A DNA stretch of 64,000 nt from a virus (IMGVR_UViG_3300021167_000128:16637-80636); one strand, 5' to 3'. Positions 1 to 9,442 are shown, numbered from the stretch's first letter. The notes: a model not told the origin generated them from the sequence alone. Numbers and translations: made by a program.

Positions 1-57
1 GTATTAGACATATCATGCAAGAGCATTTTAATAAATTTAAGACTGAAAGGAATACTA

Positions 58-282
58 ATGACTAATATTGAAGTAATTGATAAGCTTGTACCTATTTATA
101 CTGAAATTGATCTTCTGACTCAAGACGCTAAACAAATCCTAGCAGATGCTAAAGAATCCTCATTAGACGCTCCTGCACTTTCTAAGGTTGCAAAAGCAAA
201 GGTTCAACAAAAACTTGAAGACCTAAAGGAAAAGACTGATGCTCTCTCTGATCTAATTGATTCCGTACAAAGCCAGACTTAA
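58..282 (+). CDS. small dsDNA-binding protein (GapR/DUF2312/T4 DsbA-like)
   Basis: 74-aa all-helical protein; LTQDAKQILADAKESSLDAPALSKVAK resembles the DUF2312/DsbA pattern. Confidence 0.5.
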   Translation: MTNIEVIDKLVPIYTEIDLLTQDAKQILADAKESSLDAPALSKVAKAKVQQKLEDLKEKTDALSDLIDSVQSQT

Positions 283-300
283 AATTTAAGTAAGTAGTTT

Positions 301-330
301 GCCCCTAGCTGAAAGGTTAGGGGCTTTATT
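301..330 (+). terminator. intrinsic terminator
   Basis: GCCCCTAGC-TGAAAG-GTTAGGGGC hairpin followed by TTTATT. Confidence 0.75.
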
Positions 331-343
331 ATTGGAGGTATTT

Positions 344-1333
344 ATGGCAAGTAGTGTGTCCTTGATTGTTGATCTAGATACTCCGTGTTATATTGCAGCG
401 GCAGTTGTGGAAACTCGATCTGTGATTGTAACTCACAATCCGACTGGAATTAAAAAAGAATTTAGCACAAAAACAGACTTTAAAAATTTATTAAAATCTA
501 AAAATAAACTTGATAGACTTGAAGAATATTCTTTTGAAGATAGACAAGTAACAGAAGATGTTTTCAATGCTTGTCAAATCTTGAAGTCGCATATTAATAA
601 AGTAATTGAATACGTGTCTCCCGATACTGTTCACTATATGATTAGCGGAAATAATAATTTTCGAAATGCTTTAGAATACCCTAAACAATATAAAAGTAAC
701 CGAGTAAATGTTATTAAGCCATTACTATTACATGAAGTTCAAAATTATGCACGGAACAAATACAAACCAGAAGTAGTAAATGGGTTTGAACCAGACGACC
801 TGCAAGTTATAATTGGCTATGAAGAACTACGACGCGGTAACAAACCTATCATGCTATTATACGAAAAAGATGGTTTAGCGTATTCTGGATTATATGTTTA
901 TAATCCTAATAAAGAAGATGGTATATTTGAAATTCCAAAACTAGGAAGCCTTTATTTAGATAGTAAAGGTAAACTCCGAGGTAATGGATTTTTATGGTAT
1001 GCAGCGCAAGTGACAATGGGTGATCCTGTAGATCTGATTAAACCTACTTGCTTGAGTAGTGCGAGGTTTGGAGAAAAATCTGCATTTAAAGAGTTTAAAG
1101 ATTGTTCAAGTGAGCAAGAAGCTCTTGAGAGAATAATTTCGCTATACAAAAAATGGTACCCTAGCCCTGTCACATATATTTGTTGGGATGGTAGAGTATT
1201 AACAAAAAATTGGGTTGAAATTTATGACATGATGCATAAAGGGGTGAGAATGAAAGTCAGCAGAGATGATGACTTATGTGTTCTAAAATTTTGCAAAGAA
1301 AGGGGTATTGAAATTGAATTTAACAGGGACTAA
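344..1333 (+). CDS. phage 5'-3' exonuclease (FEN/T7 gp6-like)
   Basis: Acidic motifs LIVDLDT, NNFR..Y..QYKSNR, FEPDD, GDPVD. ATG 344 follows a GGAGG RBS; the track start at 299 lies inside the terminator. Confidence 0.8.
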   Translation: MASSVSLIVDLDTPCYIAAAVVETRSVIVTHNPTGIKKEFSTKTDFKNLLKSKNKLDRLEEYSFEDRQVTEDVFNACQILKSHINKVIEYVSPDTVHYMISGNNNFRNALEYPKQYKSNRVNVIKPLLLHEVQNYARNKYKPEVVNGFEPDDLQVIIGYEELRRGNKPIMLLYEKDGLAYSGLYVYNPNKEDGIFEIPKLGSLYLDSKGKLRGNGFLWYAAQVTMGDPVDLIKPTCLSSARFGEKSAFKEFKDCSSEQEALERIISLYKKWYPSPVTYICWDGRVLTKNWVEIYDMMHKGVRMKVSRDDDLCVLKFCKERGIEIEFNRD

Positions 1334-1338
1334 AATTA

Positions 1339-2127
1339 GTGAGAGAATCCACCCTTTTATCTGGAGAAAGTTCTAGCTGTGGTTGCCAGGCAGCTATTAA
1401 AGCAGGGAAAAGACTAAGAACTCATGGCCTGTCTAAACACCCTTTATACAATACATGGAAGAAAATGCTTTATCGGTGTAATAAAGAAAGTGCTAAGGAT
1501 TATAAACATTATGGAGGAAGAGGAATTGCGGTATGCAGTAGGTGGAGTCTTAATGGAATTGAAGGATTTAAAAACTTTCTAGAAGATATGGAGGAATCTT
1601 TTGAATATGGTCTTGAATTAGACCGTATTGATGTTAACGGAAATTATGAAAAGGATAATTGCAAATGGTCTTCAAGACGGGAACAGGTAATAAATCGCAG
1701 ACTAATCGGCTCTTATTTCGATACCCATTATTTAGAGTATGATGGTAAAAAACTATGTATGTCTCAGTGGGCAGATATTACTAGGATTAATAAGCAAATA
1801 ATTTCAGATAGAATTTCAAAACTTAAGTGGTCTGTTCAAGATGCTTTAACAAAACCAATAAAACCACGTGAGACTGTCGTTATTATTGACGAAATTGAAT
1901 ATAAATTGAATGAAGTATTTAAGAATCCTACAAATTTATATACGAAGATTGGTAAAAGATTTACCCTTTATCAATATCTATCAAATATGATGAGTGGTTT
2001 TGCTACGATTAAAGTCTATTTAAATAAGACTTGGCATGCAATAGATCCAAGTGAGGATAATTCTGATGAATTATGGAGACACCTATATACGGACAGGTTT
2101 AAAAGTATTCTGGAGCAACTCCAATGA
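1339..2127 (+). CDS. free-standing HNH homing endonuclease
   Basis: HGLSKHPLYNTWKKMLYRC, YGGRGIAVC, LDRIDVNGNYEKDNCKW..EQ..NRR. Confidence 0.85.
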   Translation: MRESTLLSGESSSCGCQAAIKAGKRLRTHGLSKHPLYNTWKKMLYRCNKESAKDYKHYGGRGIAVCSRWSLNGIEGFKNFLEDMEESFEYGLELDRIDVNGNYEKDNCKWSSRREQVINRRLIGSYFDTHYLEYDGKKLCMSQWADITRINKQIISDRISKLKWSVQDALTKPIKPRETVVIIDEIEYKLNEVFKNPTNLYTKIGKRFTLYQYLSNMMSGFATIKVYLNKTWHAIDPSEDNSDELWRHLYTDRFKSILEQLQ

Positions 2128-2285
2128 CTACCGAAGACTTATACACCACAGCACATGGTAAAACAGTTACTAAGGGACATTTAGAGCTATTACAAATATA
2201 TTGGACATGTGCTTATATGAAGAGGACACCTGATGATAAATCTTGCTTTAAAGAGTTTGCTTCAAAGTACGGAGTATTAGTATGA
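2124..2285 (+). pseudogene. 53-aa orphan copy of the exonuclease C-terminus
   Basis: Translated by hand: MTTEDLYTTAHGKTVTKGHLELLQIYWTCAYMKRTPDDKSCFKEFASKYGVLV; aligns without gaps to the last ~55 aa of 344-1333. Confidence 0.7.
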
Positions 2286-2578
2286 TATATACTCAAGATA
2301 TAGAACCTGATGAAGGTAAATTTCACACTAATACTTTGTATGATGAAGAAGGATATGAAGTAGTTGGATGGGAGTATGTACTAGATGAAGATGGTAATAA
2401 GATTCCAATAGACGTTTGCATTTGTGAAGCAAATAATTCATCAGAATGCGGCTGTAGTTGTACTAGCTGGTATGAATCTAGTTGGTCAGATTGTGATGAA
2501 GATGGTTGGTATGATGAACAAATGAAGTGGGAAGAACACAGAGAAATGTCGTTCGGTAGGCACTTAGATAACTTTTAA
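2282..2578 (+). CDS. acidic Cys-cluster hypothetical protein
   Basis: 98 aa, 26 D/E vs 5 K/R, CICEANNSSECGCSC. Confidence 0.65.
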   Translation: MIYTQDIEPDEGKFHTNTLYDEEGYEVVGWEYVLDEDGNKIPIDVCICEANNSSECGCSCTSWYESSWSDCDEDGWYDEQMKWEEHREMSFGRHLDNF

Positions 2579-2618
2579 GGAGCTAAAAATTAACAAATCA
2601 TTATATACAGCAAAGGAA

Positions 2619-3089
2619 GTGAAGGAGTTCAAAGAGCAGCTCATTAAAGCTCAAAACGGTATTGATCCAATTCTTAATGAACCTTTTAAAGAAACAGTTT
2701 GTCTTGACCACGATCATTTTTCACAGCATTGTAGAGCAGCCCTAAATAGGAATACAAACGCATTTGAAGGTCTTGTTGTTAATGCATACAAGAGGTGCTT
2801 GAGTTGGCTTACTGACAAACCCTTACCAGAGATCTTACGAGGGCTTGCTTTGTATCTTGAGAAGGACTATACTTCTAATCCATACCACCCATCCTTTTTA
2901 AAGAAACTTAAAACTGAGTTCAATAAACTATCAGCTTCTCAACAAAATGAAGTTCTTAAATCACTAGGTTCAACACCAGGGTCAAATCCTAAGATAAGAA
3001 AAGAATTATTTGCAAAGATTGTAATACAGCGAGAACTAGGCTATGATAATATTCTTGCAGTAATTAATGGAGTATTAAATGCACAATGA
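2619..3089 (+). CDS. recombination endonuclease VII-like protein
   Basis: DPIL...VCLDHDH....RAALNRNTNAFEG motif. Confidence 0.8.
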   Translation: MKEFKEQLIKAQNGIDPILNEPFKETVCLDHDHFSQHCRAALNRNTNAFEGLVVNAYKRCLSWLTDKPLPEILRGLALYLEKDYTSNPYHPSFLKKLKTEFNKLSASQQNEVLKSLGSTPGSNPKIRKELFAKIVIQRELGYDNILAVINGVLNAQ

Positions 3090-3216
3090 CACGGATTATG
3101 TAATAATGATAATTGTATTCATCCTTCTTGGATTTACTGCTTGTTTACTATTTACTGCACTTGGACCCTACATTTGGTCTATGGTTATTAAACCACTACT
3201 ATTAACCCTCGTTTAA
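3079..3216 (+). CDS. 45-aa membrane protein
   Basis: MHNDTDYVIMIIVFILLGFTACLLFTALGPYIWSMVIKPLLLTLV fills the gap between neighbours; below the ORF-track cutoff. Confidence 0.5.
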   Translation: MHNDTDYVIMIIVFILLGFTACLLFTALGPYIWSMVIKPLLLTLV

Positions 3217-3226
3217 GGAGTAACAT

Positions 3227-3541
3227 ATGGCTGAACTTTATTTCAATTCACGGTCAGAAATTATTAATCACTTAAAATCTAATTTGAATTTTTCAAAAGA
3301 AGATGCTGAATACTTTGACGATGATTTATTTGATTATGAGGAGGTACAAGATAAGCGTAGTAATCACTGTAGTGGATATTTTCTAGATCAAACTAGAGGT
3401 ATTTATTATTTCGTGTCATTTCTTCATGACTATGATTGGGGAAACTCTGACTATACGCTAGAGACTACTCCATGCAAACGAGAAGAATATGAGGAAACCT
3501 TAGTAGTTAAGAAAGTTAAATATACAGAAATTAAGGAGTAA
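3227..3541 (+). CDS. hypothetical protein
   Basis: AGGAG RBS, operon packing. Confidence 0.65.
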   Translation: MAELYFNSRSEIINHLKSNLNFSKEDAEYFDDDLFDYEEVQDKRSNHCSGYFLDQTRGIYYFVSFLHDYDWGNSDYTLETTPCKREEYEETLVVKKVKYTEIKE

Positions 3542-3542
3542 T

Positions 3543-3803
3543 ATGAATCTTCTATCAAAACCTATTTATATTCTTGAACTAACGTCACGACAACAACAAG
3601 AAATTGCAAATGCTATCCTAGAGAACAAGGGAGATATTCCAGAAATTATCCTGAAGAATTCTCCTACTACAAGTCTTCAAGGTAAGCATATTCAGAAGCT
3701 AATTAGACAGCAGTTATTTGAATTACAAATGCAACCATATCTTGTTATGCAGAAATATTTTATGCTATGGTTTAACTCTCTAAAATATCCTAAAGGAAAT
3801 TAA
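3543..3803 (+). CDS. hypothetical protein
   Basis: Tight operon packing, RBS. Confidence 0.6.
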   Translation: MNLLSKPIYILELTSRQQQEIANAILENKGDIPEIILKNSPTTSLQGKHIQKLIRQQLFELQMQPYLVMQKYFMLWFNSLKYPKGN

Positions 3804-3804
3804 T

Positions 3805-4038
3805 ATGAAAATCTCAAAACAAGAATTAAATGCCTTGATTAGTTTAGTTGTATTCGGTGCAGCAATTACTCTTCAACAGGATGATGACTTAAAAATCTCA
3901 ACGCAATTAAAGATTACTGATATGGTTGAAAATCTTGATACAACAAACACTATCAATGATTCTGAACATATTCTATATCTTGCTATTAAACTTAAAGCGT
4001 ATCTTGAAACCAACCTTAAGGAGAATAACAATGCTTGA
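3805..4038 (+). CDS. hypothetical protein
   Basis: Tight operon packing, RBS. Confidence 0.6.
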   Translation: MKISKQELNALISLVVFGAAITLQQDDDLKISTQLKITDMVENLDTTNTINDSEHILYLAIKLKAYLETNLKENNNA

Positions 4039-4513
4039 TAAATTTGCAGATAATGTATTTCAATTTAATGAAATTGCAGGTAATAATACTAAAGTCTCTA
4101 TTGCAGATTTCAAATCACAACAAAAATGTCTGATCGAAGAAGTAAATGAAATCTCAGAAGGTCTGAATAATGCTAACCTGGAGGAAGTGTTAGATGGTGT
4201 CGTAGATGTTCTGTATGTTGCAATCGGTATGCTTATTAAGTTAGAAGAACTTGGTGTTGATACTGAAGTTGCACTACAACGTATTGGAGAGAATAACCTT
4301 AGTAAATTTCCAGAATACTCTAAAGAAATCAGTGATAAAACATTTGAGCAATATAAGTTACAGGGAGTAACTCTTGTAGAGAATCTTACATTCACTACTA
4401 ACTATCCAAACGGTATTATGGTTTTTAAAGATAATAATAGTAAAATTCGTAAACCTTATGGTTTTAGCAGTGTTACACTGAATGATCTTGTTGAAGGTAT
4501 TGAATTTAAATGA
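4031..4513 (+). CDS. MazG-like nucleoside triphosphate pyrophosphohydrolase
   Basis: LIEEVNE...EEVLDGVVDVLYV...NNLSK; ATG 4031 after AAGGAG. Confidence 0.75.
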   Translation: MLDKFADNVFQFNEIAGNNTKVSIADFKSQQKCLIEEVNEISEGLNNANLEEVLDGVVDVLYVAIGMLIKLEELGVDTEVALQRIGENNLSKFPEYSKEISDKTFEQYKLQGVTLVENLTFTTNYPNGIMVFKDNNSKIRKPYGFSSVTLNDLVEGIEFK

Positions 4514-4746
4514 CAGATACCAAATACAGGCACTATAAATATTCATTTAAAGGGATTAAATTAGATCCTTATCGTATTCTTAAAGTCTATGGTATTACCT
4601 GTCCAGCACAACAACATGCAATTAAGAAACTTCTACGTGCTGGAAATTCTGTTAAAGATTTAGAGCAGGATATTCAGGAAGTAATAGATACTCTACAACG
4701 CAAATTAGAAATGTTAAAAGAAGACAAATTTTTAATTGACTTGTAA
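4510..4746 (+). CDS. DUF3310-like small phage protein
   Basis: HY..., DPYRILKVY, HAIKKLLRAG, KDLEQDI. Confidence 0.55.
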   Translation: MTDTKYRHYKYSFKGIKLDPYRILKVYGITCPAQQHAIKKLLRAGNSVKDLEQDIQEVIDTLQRKLEMLKEDKFLIDL

Positions 4747-4763
4747 ATAACCTACGGTATAAT
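4736..4763 (+). promoter_or_regulatory. sigma70-type promoter
   Basis: TTGACT-N16-TATAAT upstream of the RNR operon. Confidence 0.65.
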
Positions 4764-4803
4764 AGTCTCTTGCTTGGGACTATTATCGTTGTAAGGAGAA
4801 AAT

Positions 4804-5199
4804 ATGAATAAAAATAATTACACGTCTAAGATTGCTGCATTTATTCATGTGTCGGAATCTGAAATTGCTGCTTTATATCCACACTACTTATCAAATTGGA
4901 GTGAAACTGAAATTAATTATGCTTTATGGGAGTTAGGTTTAGATACTGACTTCAATTTTGAATTTCAAGAAGCAAGTCAGCATCGCAATAGAATGAATAA
5001 AGTAGTTACATGTGCTAGATGGTATGGAGTAGAACGGGAAGATGTAGAGTGGATTAAGTCTGGTTTAGCATCGCAGACAGTAAAAGATAAATTAAAAAAT
5101 AGTAAAATGCTAGATGATGTTTATCGTAGTAAAGGGCTTACAGTGGATTGTATTGAAGCTGCTGAGTGGAGAGATAAGTATAGTGAAGATAATGAGTGA
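4804..5199 (+). CDS. hypothetical protein
   Basis: AAGGAG RBS, 131-aa ORF. Confidence 0.65.
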   Translation: MNKNNYTSKIAAFIHVSESEIAALYPHYLSNWSETEINYALWELGLDTDFNFEFQEASQHRNRMNKVVTCARWYGVEREDVEWIKSGLASQTVKDKLKNSKMLDDVYRSKGLTVDCIEAAEWRDKYSEDNE

Positions 5200-5209
5200 A
5201 GGAGAGTAT

Positions 5210-7243
5210 ATGGAGTTAGTAAAGAATGATAATCCAAGTTTTCGATCACAGTTTGTTGTAAAGCGCACGTATAATAGACCATTAGATGATGAAGGTACTA
5301 TCTTTGAAACATTTGAAGAAACAATTGATCGAGTTATTCAACATCAAGCTTGGTTGTGGGAGAAAGCAAAAGGTTCTTTAGTGAGTGAAGAACTTGTTTT
5401 CTTAAATAGCAAGGAAAAGGAAGAGTTACAAGAACTCAAACAACTACTAATGAATCGACAGGCTGCTGTATCTGGTAGAACAATGTGGCTTGGTGGAACG
5501 GACATATCAAAGCAATATCAAGCTACTAATTTCAACTGTGCCTTTGGTCAAATTAGAACAATCCATGATATGGTAGATGCGTTTCATAATTTACTTCTTG
5601 GTGTTGGTGTTGGGTTTGAACCAATCACAGGTATCCTTAATGGTTTTGCAAAAGAAGTAGAAATTGAGATTGTACGCAGCACACGAAAAGATCGCGGTCA
5701 AGATAATAATAAAGAATTATTTTATAAACGAGATGGTAAACGAGTGTGGCGTCTAGTGATTGGGGATTCTGGTATTTCTTGGGCTAAAGCTGCAGGTAAG
5801 CTTGTAGCAATGAAGAAACCAGTTGAAATTATTATCCTAGATTTTACTGAAGTACGTCCGGGAGGAAAACCTTTACGTGGCTTTGGTTGGATTTCTTCTG
5901 GTGATGAACAGATTTCAGAAGCATTCTATGCAATTGCTAATATTCTAAACCGTAAAGCGGGTCAGCTACTATCTCGCATGGATATACTGGATGTTCTTAA
6001 TTGGCTAGGAACAGCTCTGTCGTCTCGCAGGTCTGCTGAGATTGCACTGTTCCCTGCAGAAGACCCGGAAGCTGAAGAGTTTGCTACAGCTAAACGTGAT
6101 CACTGGAAAAATGGTAATAAACAACGTTCTCAGTCTAACAATAGTCTTGTATTTTATTCACGTCCATCTAAACGTGAAATTAGGGGCTTAATTAGTCAGA
6201 TGATTGAATCAGGTGGATCTGAGCCTGGATTTCTAAATGGACGTGCTGCACTAAAAAGGGCTCCTTGGTTTAAGGGTGTGAACCCGTGCTGTGAAATCCT
6301 ATTAGGAGACAAGAGTTACTGTAATCTAGTAACATTAAATCTTTCTAAGTTTAATGGTAAAGAAGAAGAGTTACACCGTGCAGCTTGGATTATGGGTAGG
6401 GCTAATTATCGTCAAACTTGTGTTGACTTACGTGATGGTATTCTACAAGAAACATGGCATGAACTTAATCAGTTCTTACGATTAACTGGTGTTGGTTGTG
6501 CTGGTATTGTTATGTGGGAAGGTCATAAGAACCCTGAAATGATTAAGCTACTGAAAGAAGCCGCTCATACCGGAGTACATAGTATGGCAGATGAACTAGG
6601 ATTGCCCCGCTCTAAAGCTATTACAACAGTCAAACCTGACGGAACGGTAGGTAAGATGATGGATACCACTGAAGGAATTCATAAACCACTATCTAAATAT
6701 ATCTTTAATAATATTCTTATTTCAAAAGCAAGTCCTTTACTACAATTTGCTATTGAAGCTGGATACAGGCATTTTGAACATCCGTTTGATTCTACTTCAG
6801 AGATTGTTACACTTCCTGTCTGTTTTGAAGGTGTGGAGTTTGATAAGGTTTCAGTAGAGCGTAATGAAACTACTACAGAACTTGAGGTTAATTTAGAGTC
6901 TGCTGTAGATCAACTTGAACGGTATAAGCTGTGGATGAATAATTATGCAGACCATAATGTTAGTATTACCGTTTCATACTCTGTTGATGAATCTGAGAAA
7001 ATTGTTGAGTGGCTTCATAAGAATTGGGATTATTTTGTAGGTGTATCATTTCTTTTACGTGCTGATCCTACAAAAACAGCAGAAGACCTGGGATATGTTT
7101 ATCTTCCCCAACAACCTGTAACTAAAGAGGAATATTATGAATATGTATCTACCCTAAAAGAAGTAAATCTAGACGCTGTATTTGTAAATTCACTAGAAGA
7201 GCTTGAAAATGATTGCGCTTCTGGAGTCTGTCCAATTCGTTAA
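5210..7243 (+). CDS. nrdJ: class II (adenosylcobalamin-dependent) ribonucleotide reductase, monomeric type
   Basis: KRTYNRP N-terminus, TNFNCAF, NPCCEI catalytic loop, TVKPDGT, C-terminal CASGVCPIR; ATG 5210 after AAGGAG. Confidence 0.9.
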   Translation: MELVKNDNPSFRSQFVVKRTYNRPLDDEGTIFETFEETIDRVIQHQAWLWEKAKGSLVSEELVFLNSKEKEELQELKQLLMNRQAAVSGRTMWLGGTDISKQYQATNFNCAFGQIRTIHDMVDAFHNLLLGVGVGFEPITGILNGFAKEVEIEIVRSTRKDRGQDNNKELFYKRDGKRVWRLVIGDSGISWAKAAGKLVAMKKPVEIIILDFTEVRPGGKPLRGFGWISSGDEQISEAFYAIANILNRKAGQLLSRMDILDVLNWLGTALSSRRSAEIALFPAEDPEAEEFATAKRDHWKNGNKQRSQSNNSLVFYSRPSKREIRGLISQMIESGGSEPGFLNGRAALKRAPWFKGVNPCCEILLGDKSYCNLVTLNLSKFNGKEEELHRAAWIMGRANYRQTCVDLRDGILQETWHELNQFLRLTGVGCAGIVMWEGHKNPEMIKLLKEAAHTGVHSMADELGLPRSKAITTVKPDGTVGKMMDTTEGIHKPLSKYIFNNILISKASPLLQFAIEAGYRHFEHPFDSTSEIVTLPVCFEGVEFDKVSVERNETTTELEVNLESAVDQLERYKLWMNNYADHNVSITVSYSVDESEKIVEWLHKNWDYFVGVSFLLRADPTKTAEDLGYVYLPQQPVTKEEYYEYVSTLKEVNLDAVFVNSLEELENDCASGVCPIR

Positions 7244-7252
7244 GTAATTAAT

Positions 7253-7273
7253 AAAGCCCCTTGCGGGGCTTTT
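7253..7273 (+). terminator. intrinsic terminator
   Basis: AAAGCCCC-TTGC-GGGGCTTTT. Confidence 0.8.
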
Positions 7274-7292
7274 CTATATGAAGGGAATCTGA

Positions 7293-8018
7293 ATGATTTC
7301 AAAGGAAAGACGAATAATCGAGTACAAAGATAAAGGTATTATTAAACAATGCACTGTATTTGATAAAATATCAGATAAAACTGAAGCTTATATTGTAGGT
7401 ATTATGTGGGCTGATGCAGGTTTTGGGCTGTCTAAGAGTAAATATCCAAGGATGACTATGAACTCTTCTAATGAATGGTTAGTCAAGGCTTTTAATGATT
7501 TCTTTATAGCAGGTAAATTTAGAAAAAGAACTAGAGACATATCTATAACCAACAGTCAAGGTAACGAATATAGGTATGAAAATAGTGTATCTTATGAGTA
7601 CTGCCTACCAAGTAGATCAACACTTGGTCTAATTAGTACAGGCATTGTTGCACTAAAGCCAGATAGAGATATTATTAACCTTAGTGATGAATTTATTTTT
7701 CAAGTAATTTTAGGATTCTTTGATGGAGATGGATCTATTGTAGTTCTCCGCAGGAAGGATTGCCGAACACCTAGATTAAATATCCATATTGTTTCTGGAG
7801 CTTTTAATGCTTTAAATTTTATTCAGAAAGAACTTAATGTTTTTGGAATTTCTAGCAGTATATATTCAAGAAGCGAAAAGTGCAAAGAACTTAGAATCAA
7901 TAATACAGAGCACGCTATTAAGTTTTGTGAAATGATCTATAAAGATCTTCCAGATTTTTACGATAAAAAGAAAAAGAAAGTATTTAATGAATATATGATA
8001 GAATGCTTGTCCTATTAA
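7293..8018 (+). CDS. free-standing LAGLIDADG homing endonuclease
   Basis: Two motifs, AYIVGIMWADAG and VILGFFDGDGSI. Confidence 0.8.
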   Translation: MISKERRIIEYKDKGIIKQCTVFDKISDKTEAYIVGIMWADAGFGLSKSKYPRMTMNSSNEWLVKAFNDFFIAGKFRKRTRDISITNSQGNEYRYENSVSYEYCLPSRSTLGLISTGIVALKPDRDIINLSDEFIFQVILGFFDGDGSIVVLRRKDCRTPRLNIHIVSGAFNALNFIQKELNVFGISSSIYSRSEKCKELRINNTEHAIKFCEMIYKDLPDFYDKKKKKVFNEYMIECLSY

Positions 8019-8032
8019 GTAACCCATAAAAG

Positions 8033-8070
8033 AATACCCGGACATCCTTAACAGGACTCCGGGTATTTTT
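8033..8070. terminator. bidirectional terminator between convergent blocks
   Basis: AATACCCGGA...TCCGGGTATT stem, A-run on the left and T-run on the right. Confidence 0.7.
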
Positions 8071-8081
8071 ACGTCTAAATT

Positions 8082-8909
8082 TTAAACATCCATAATACAA
8101 TCAGCTTCAGCAACTCTACGCTTAGTTAAACCTTTCAGTACAACTAAATTTCCTTTAACTCTAGCTTTATCCCACTTTAAGCATTCCCTTGCAGCAGCAT
8201 TCCAATCTTTTAAGTCAATCTTTTTCTTAAACGTACTAGCCTTATAGTTACCAATCCCTAAATTATATACCCAAGATAAAACTCCAGATACTCGTCTGAT
8301 GGATTCTTCCTTAAGATTAGGAGAAGCAATATATAAATCTGTTAAAAATTTATTTAAGATAACTTGCTTATGTGCAATAGCACGATGATAACTCCATTTA
8401 TCTCCTAGCTTAATTTTGTTACCTTCTTCATCAGAGGTGAATCCCCAAGAGATTGTAGGAATACCAACAGGATCTAAATAAGCTATAAAGTTACCTTCCT
8501 TATCTTTAGGTCCAGTACCTTCAAAAGGGATTAGTAGGTTCTTACTACAATATTCTAAAATATCTTCAGTTTTTAACTTTGGTGCTACTTCTAACTTTGG
8601 AAAATCTGATAGAATAGTTTCATCTTCATCTGATCTATCTACCTTTTCTGGTAATCCAATCTTATCTGTTGTAACGTAAGTTAAGATAGTATTGAACACT
8701 GCAATCAAACCAACAGCAATGATATTTGCTGTATCCACATCAACAGGAATTGGAACACCAAATACAGTGGCTACATTAGCTCCTGCTACTATTACACCAG
8801 CAAGAACAGTAGCTTGTACTTGTCTATTTTTCCATTTACCTGGGTCAGCTACACTTTGACCTTTCCTGAATAGGTCAATTACAGCAGCTACTTTATTTAA
8901 AGCAATCAT
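8082..8909 (-). CDS. endolysin: GH24 lysozyme fused to an N-terminal two-TM (holin-like) domain
   Basis: FEG...YLDPVGIPTISWG catalytic E/D/T and GLTKRRVAE; residues ~30-80 contain two hydrophobic helices. Confidence 0.85.
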   Translation of the reverse strand: MIALNKVAAVIDLFRKGQSVADPGKWKNRQVQATVLAGVIVAGANVATVFGVPIPVDVDTANIIAVGLIAVFNTILTYVTTDKIGLPEKVDRSDEDETILSDFPKLEVAPKLKTEDILEYCSKNLLIPFEGTGPKDKEGNFIAYLDPVGIPTISWGFTSDEEGNKIKLGDKWSYHRAIAHKQVILNKFLTDLYIASPNLKEESIRRVSGVLSWVYNLGIGNYKASTFKKKIDLKDWNAAARECLKWDKARVKGNLVVLKGLTKRRVAEADCIMDV

Positions 8910-9430
8910 AATTCATCCTCCTGCATATAACCTTCGTTTATATCTGCACAAGCTTTTCTATCATCAGCTTTTAATCTAAGTTCTAGATTGTGAACTCTAT
9001 CTTTCATAGTAAGAATCTCCCTAATAAGATTTGCAATACGATTGTCCCTATCTTGAATAATGAAATCTTTCTCATCTAACCTATTCTTGAGAACTTCTAT
9101 TGTTTCTCTAAGTTTTTCGTTATTAGATTCTACTGTTTCTAGATGTAATACCTTACCTTTTAATTCATTTAATCTCTCTTGTAACTCAATCCTGCTCTGC
9201 ATTACTCTTTCAAGTTCTAATTTTTGTTGCTTAATTTCATCAGACTGAAGGCGTACTTGTTCAGATAATTGAGTATAAAGACTTATTTGTGCATTTGCTT
9301 CTTTACTTGAGTTCCAAAACTGTCTAATAAGAGGAATCATCAATAATATAATTACAATGATCCCTCCAATAATACCAGTAATGGAACCAGAAGCTACTGT
9401 TGAAATTACAACGGGAGCAACTGTTTCCAT
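8906..9430 (-). CDS. single-TM coiled-coil lysis-cassette protein (holin- or i-spanin-like)
   Basis: N-terminal TM ITGIIGGIIVIILLMIPLI, long heptad repeat, overlaps the endolysin start. Confidence 0.45.
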   Translation of the reverse strand: METVAPVVISTVASGSITGIIGGIIVIILLMIPLIRQFWNSSKEANAQISLYTQLSEQVRLQSDEIKQQKLELERVMQSRIELQERLNELKGKVLHLETVESNNEKLRETIEVLKNRLDEKDFIIQDRDNRIANLIREILTMKDRVHNLELRLKADDRKACADINEGYMQEDEL

Positions 9431-9442
9431 TCCTTTCCTTTC

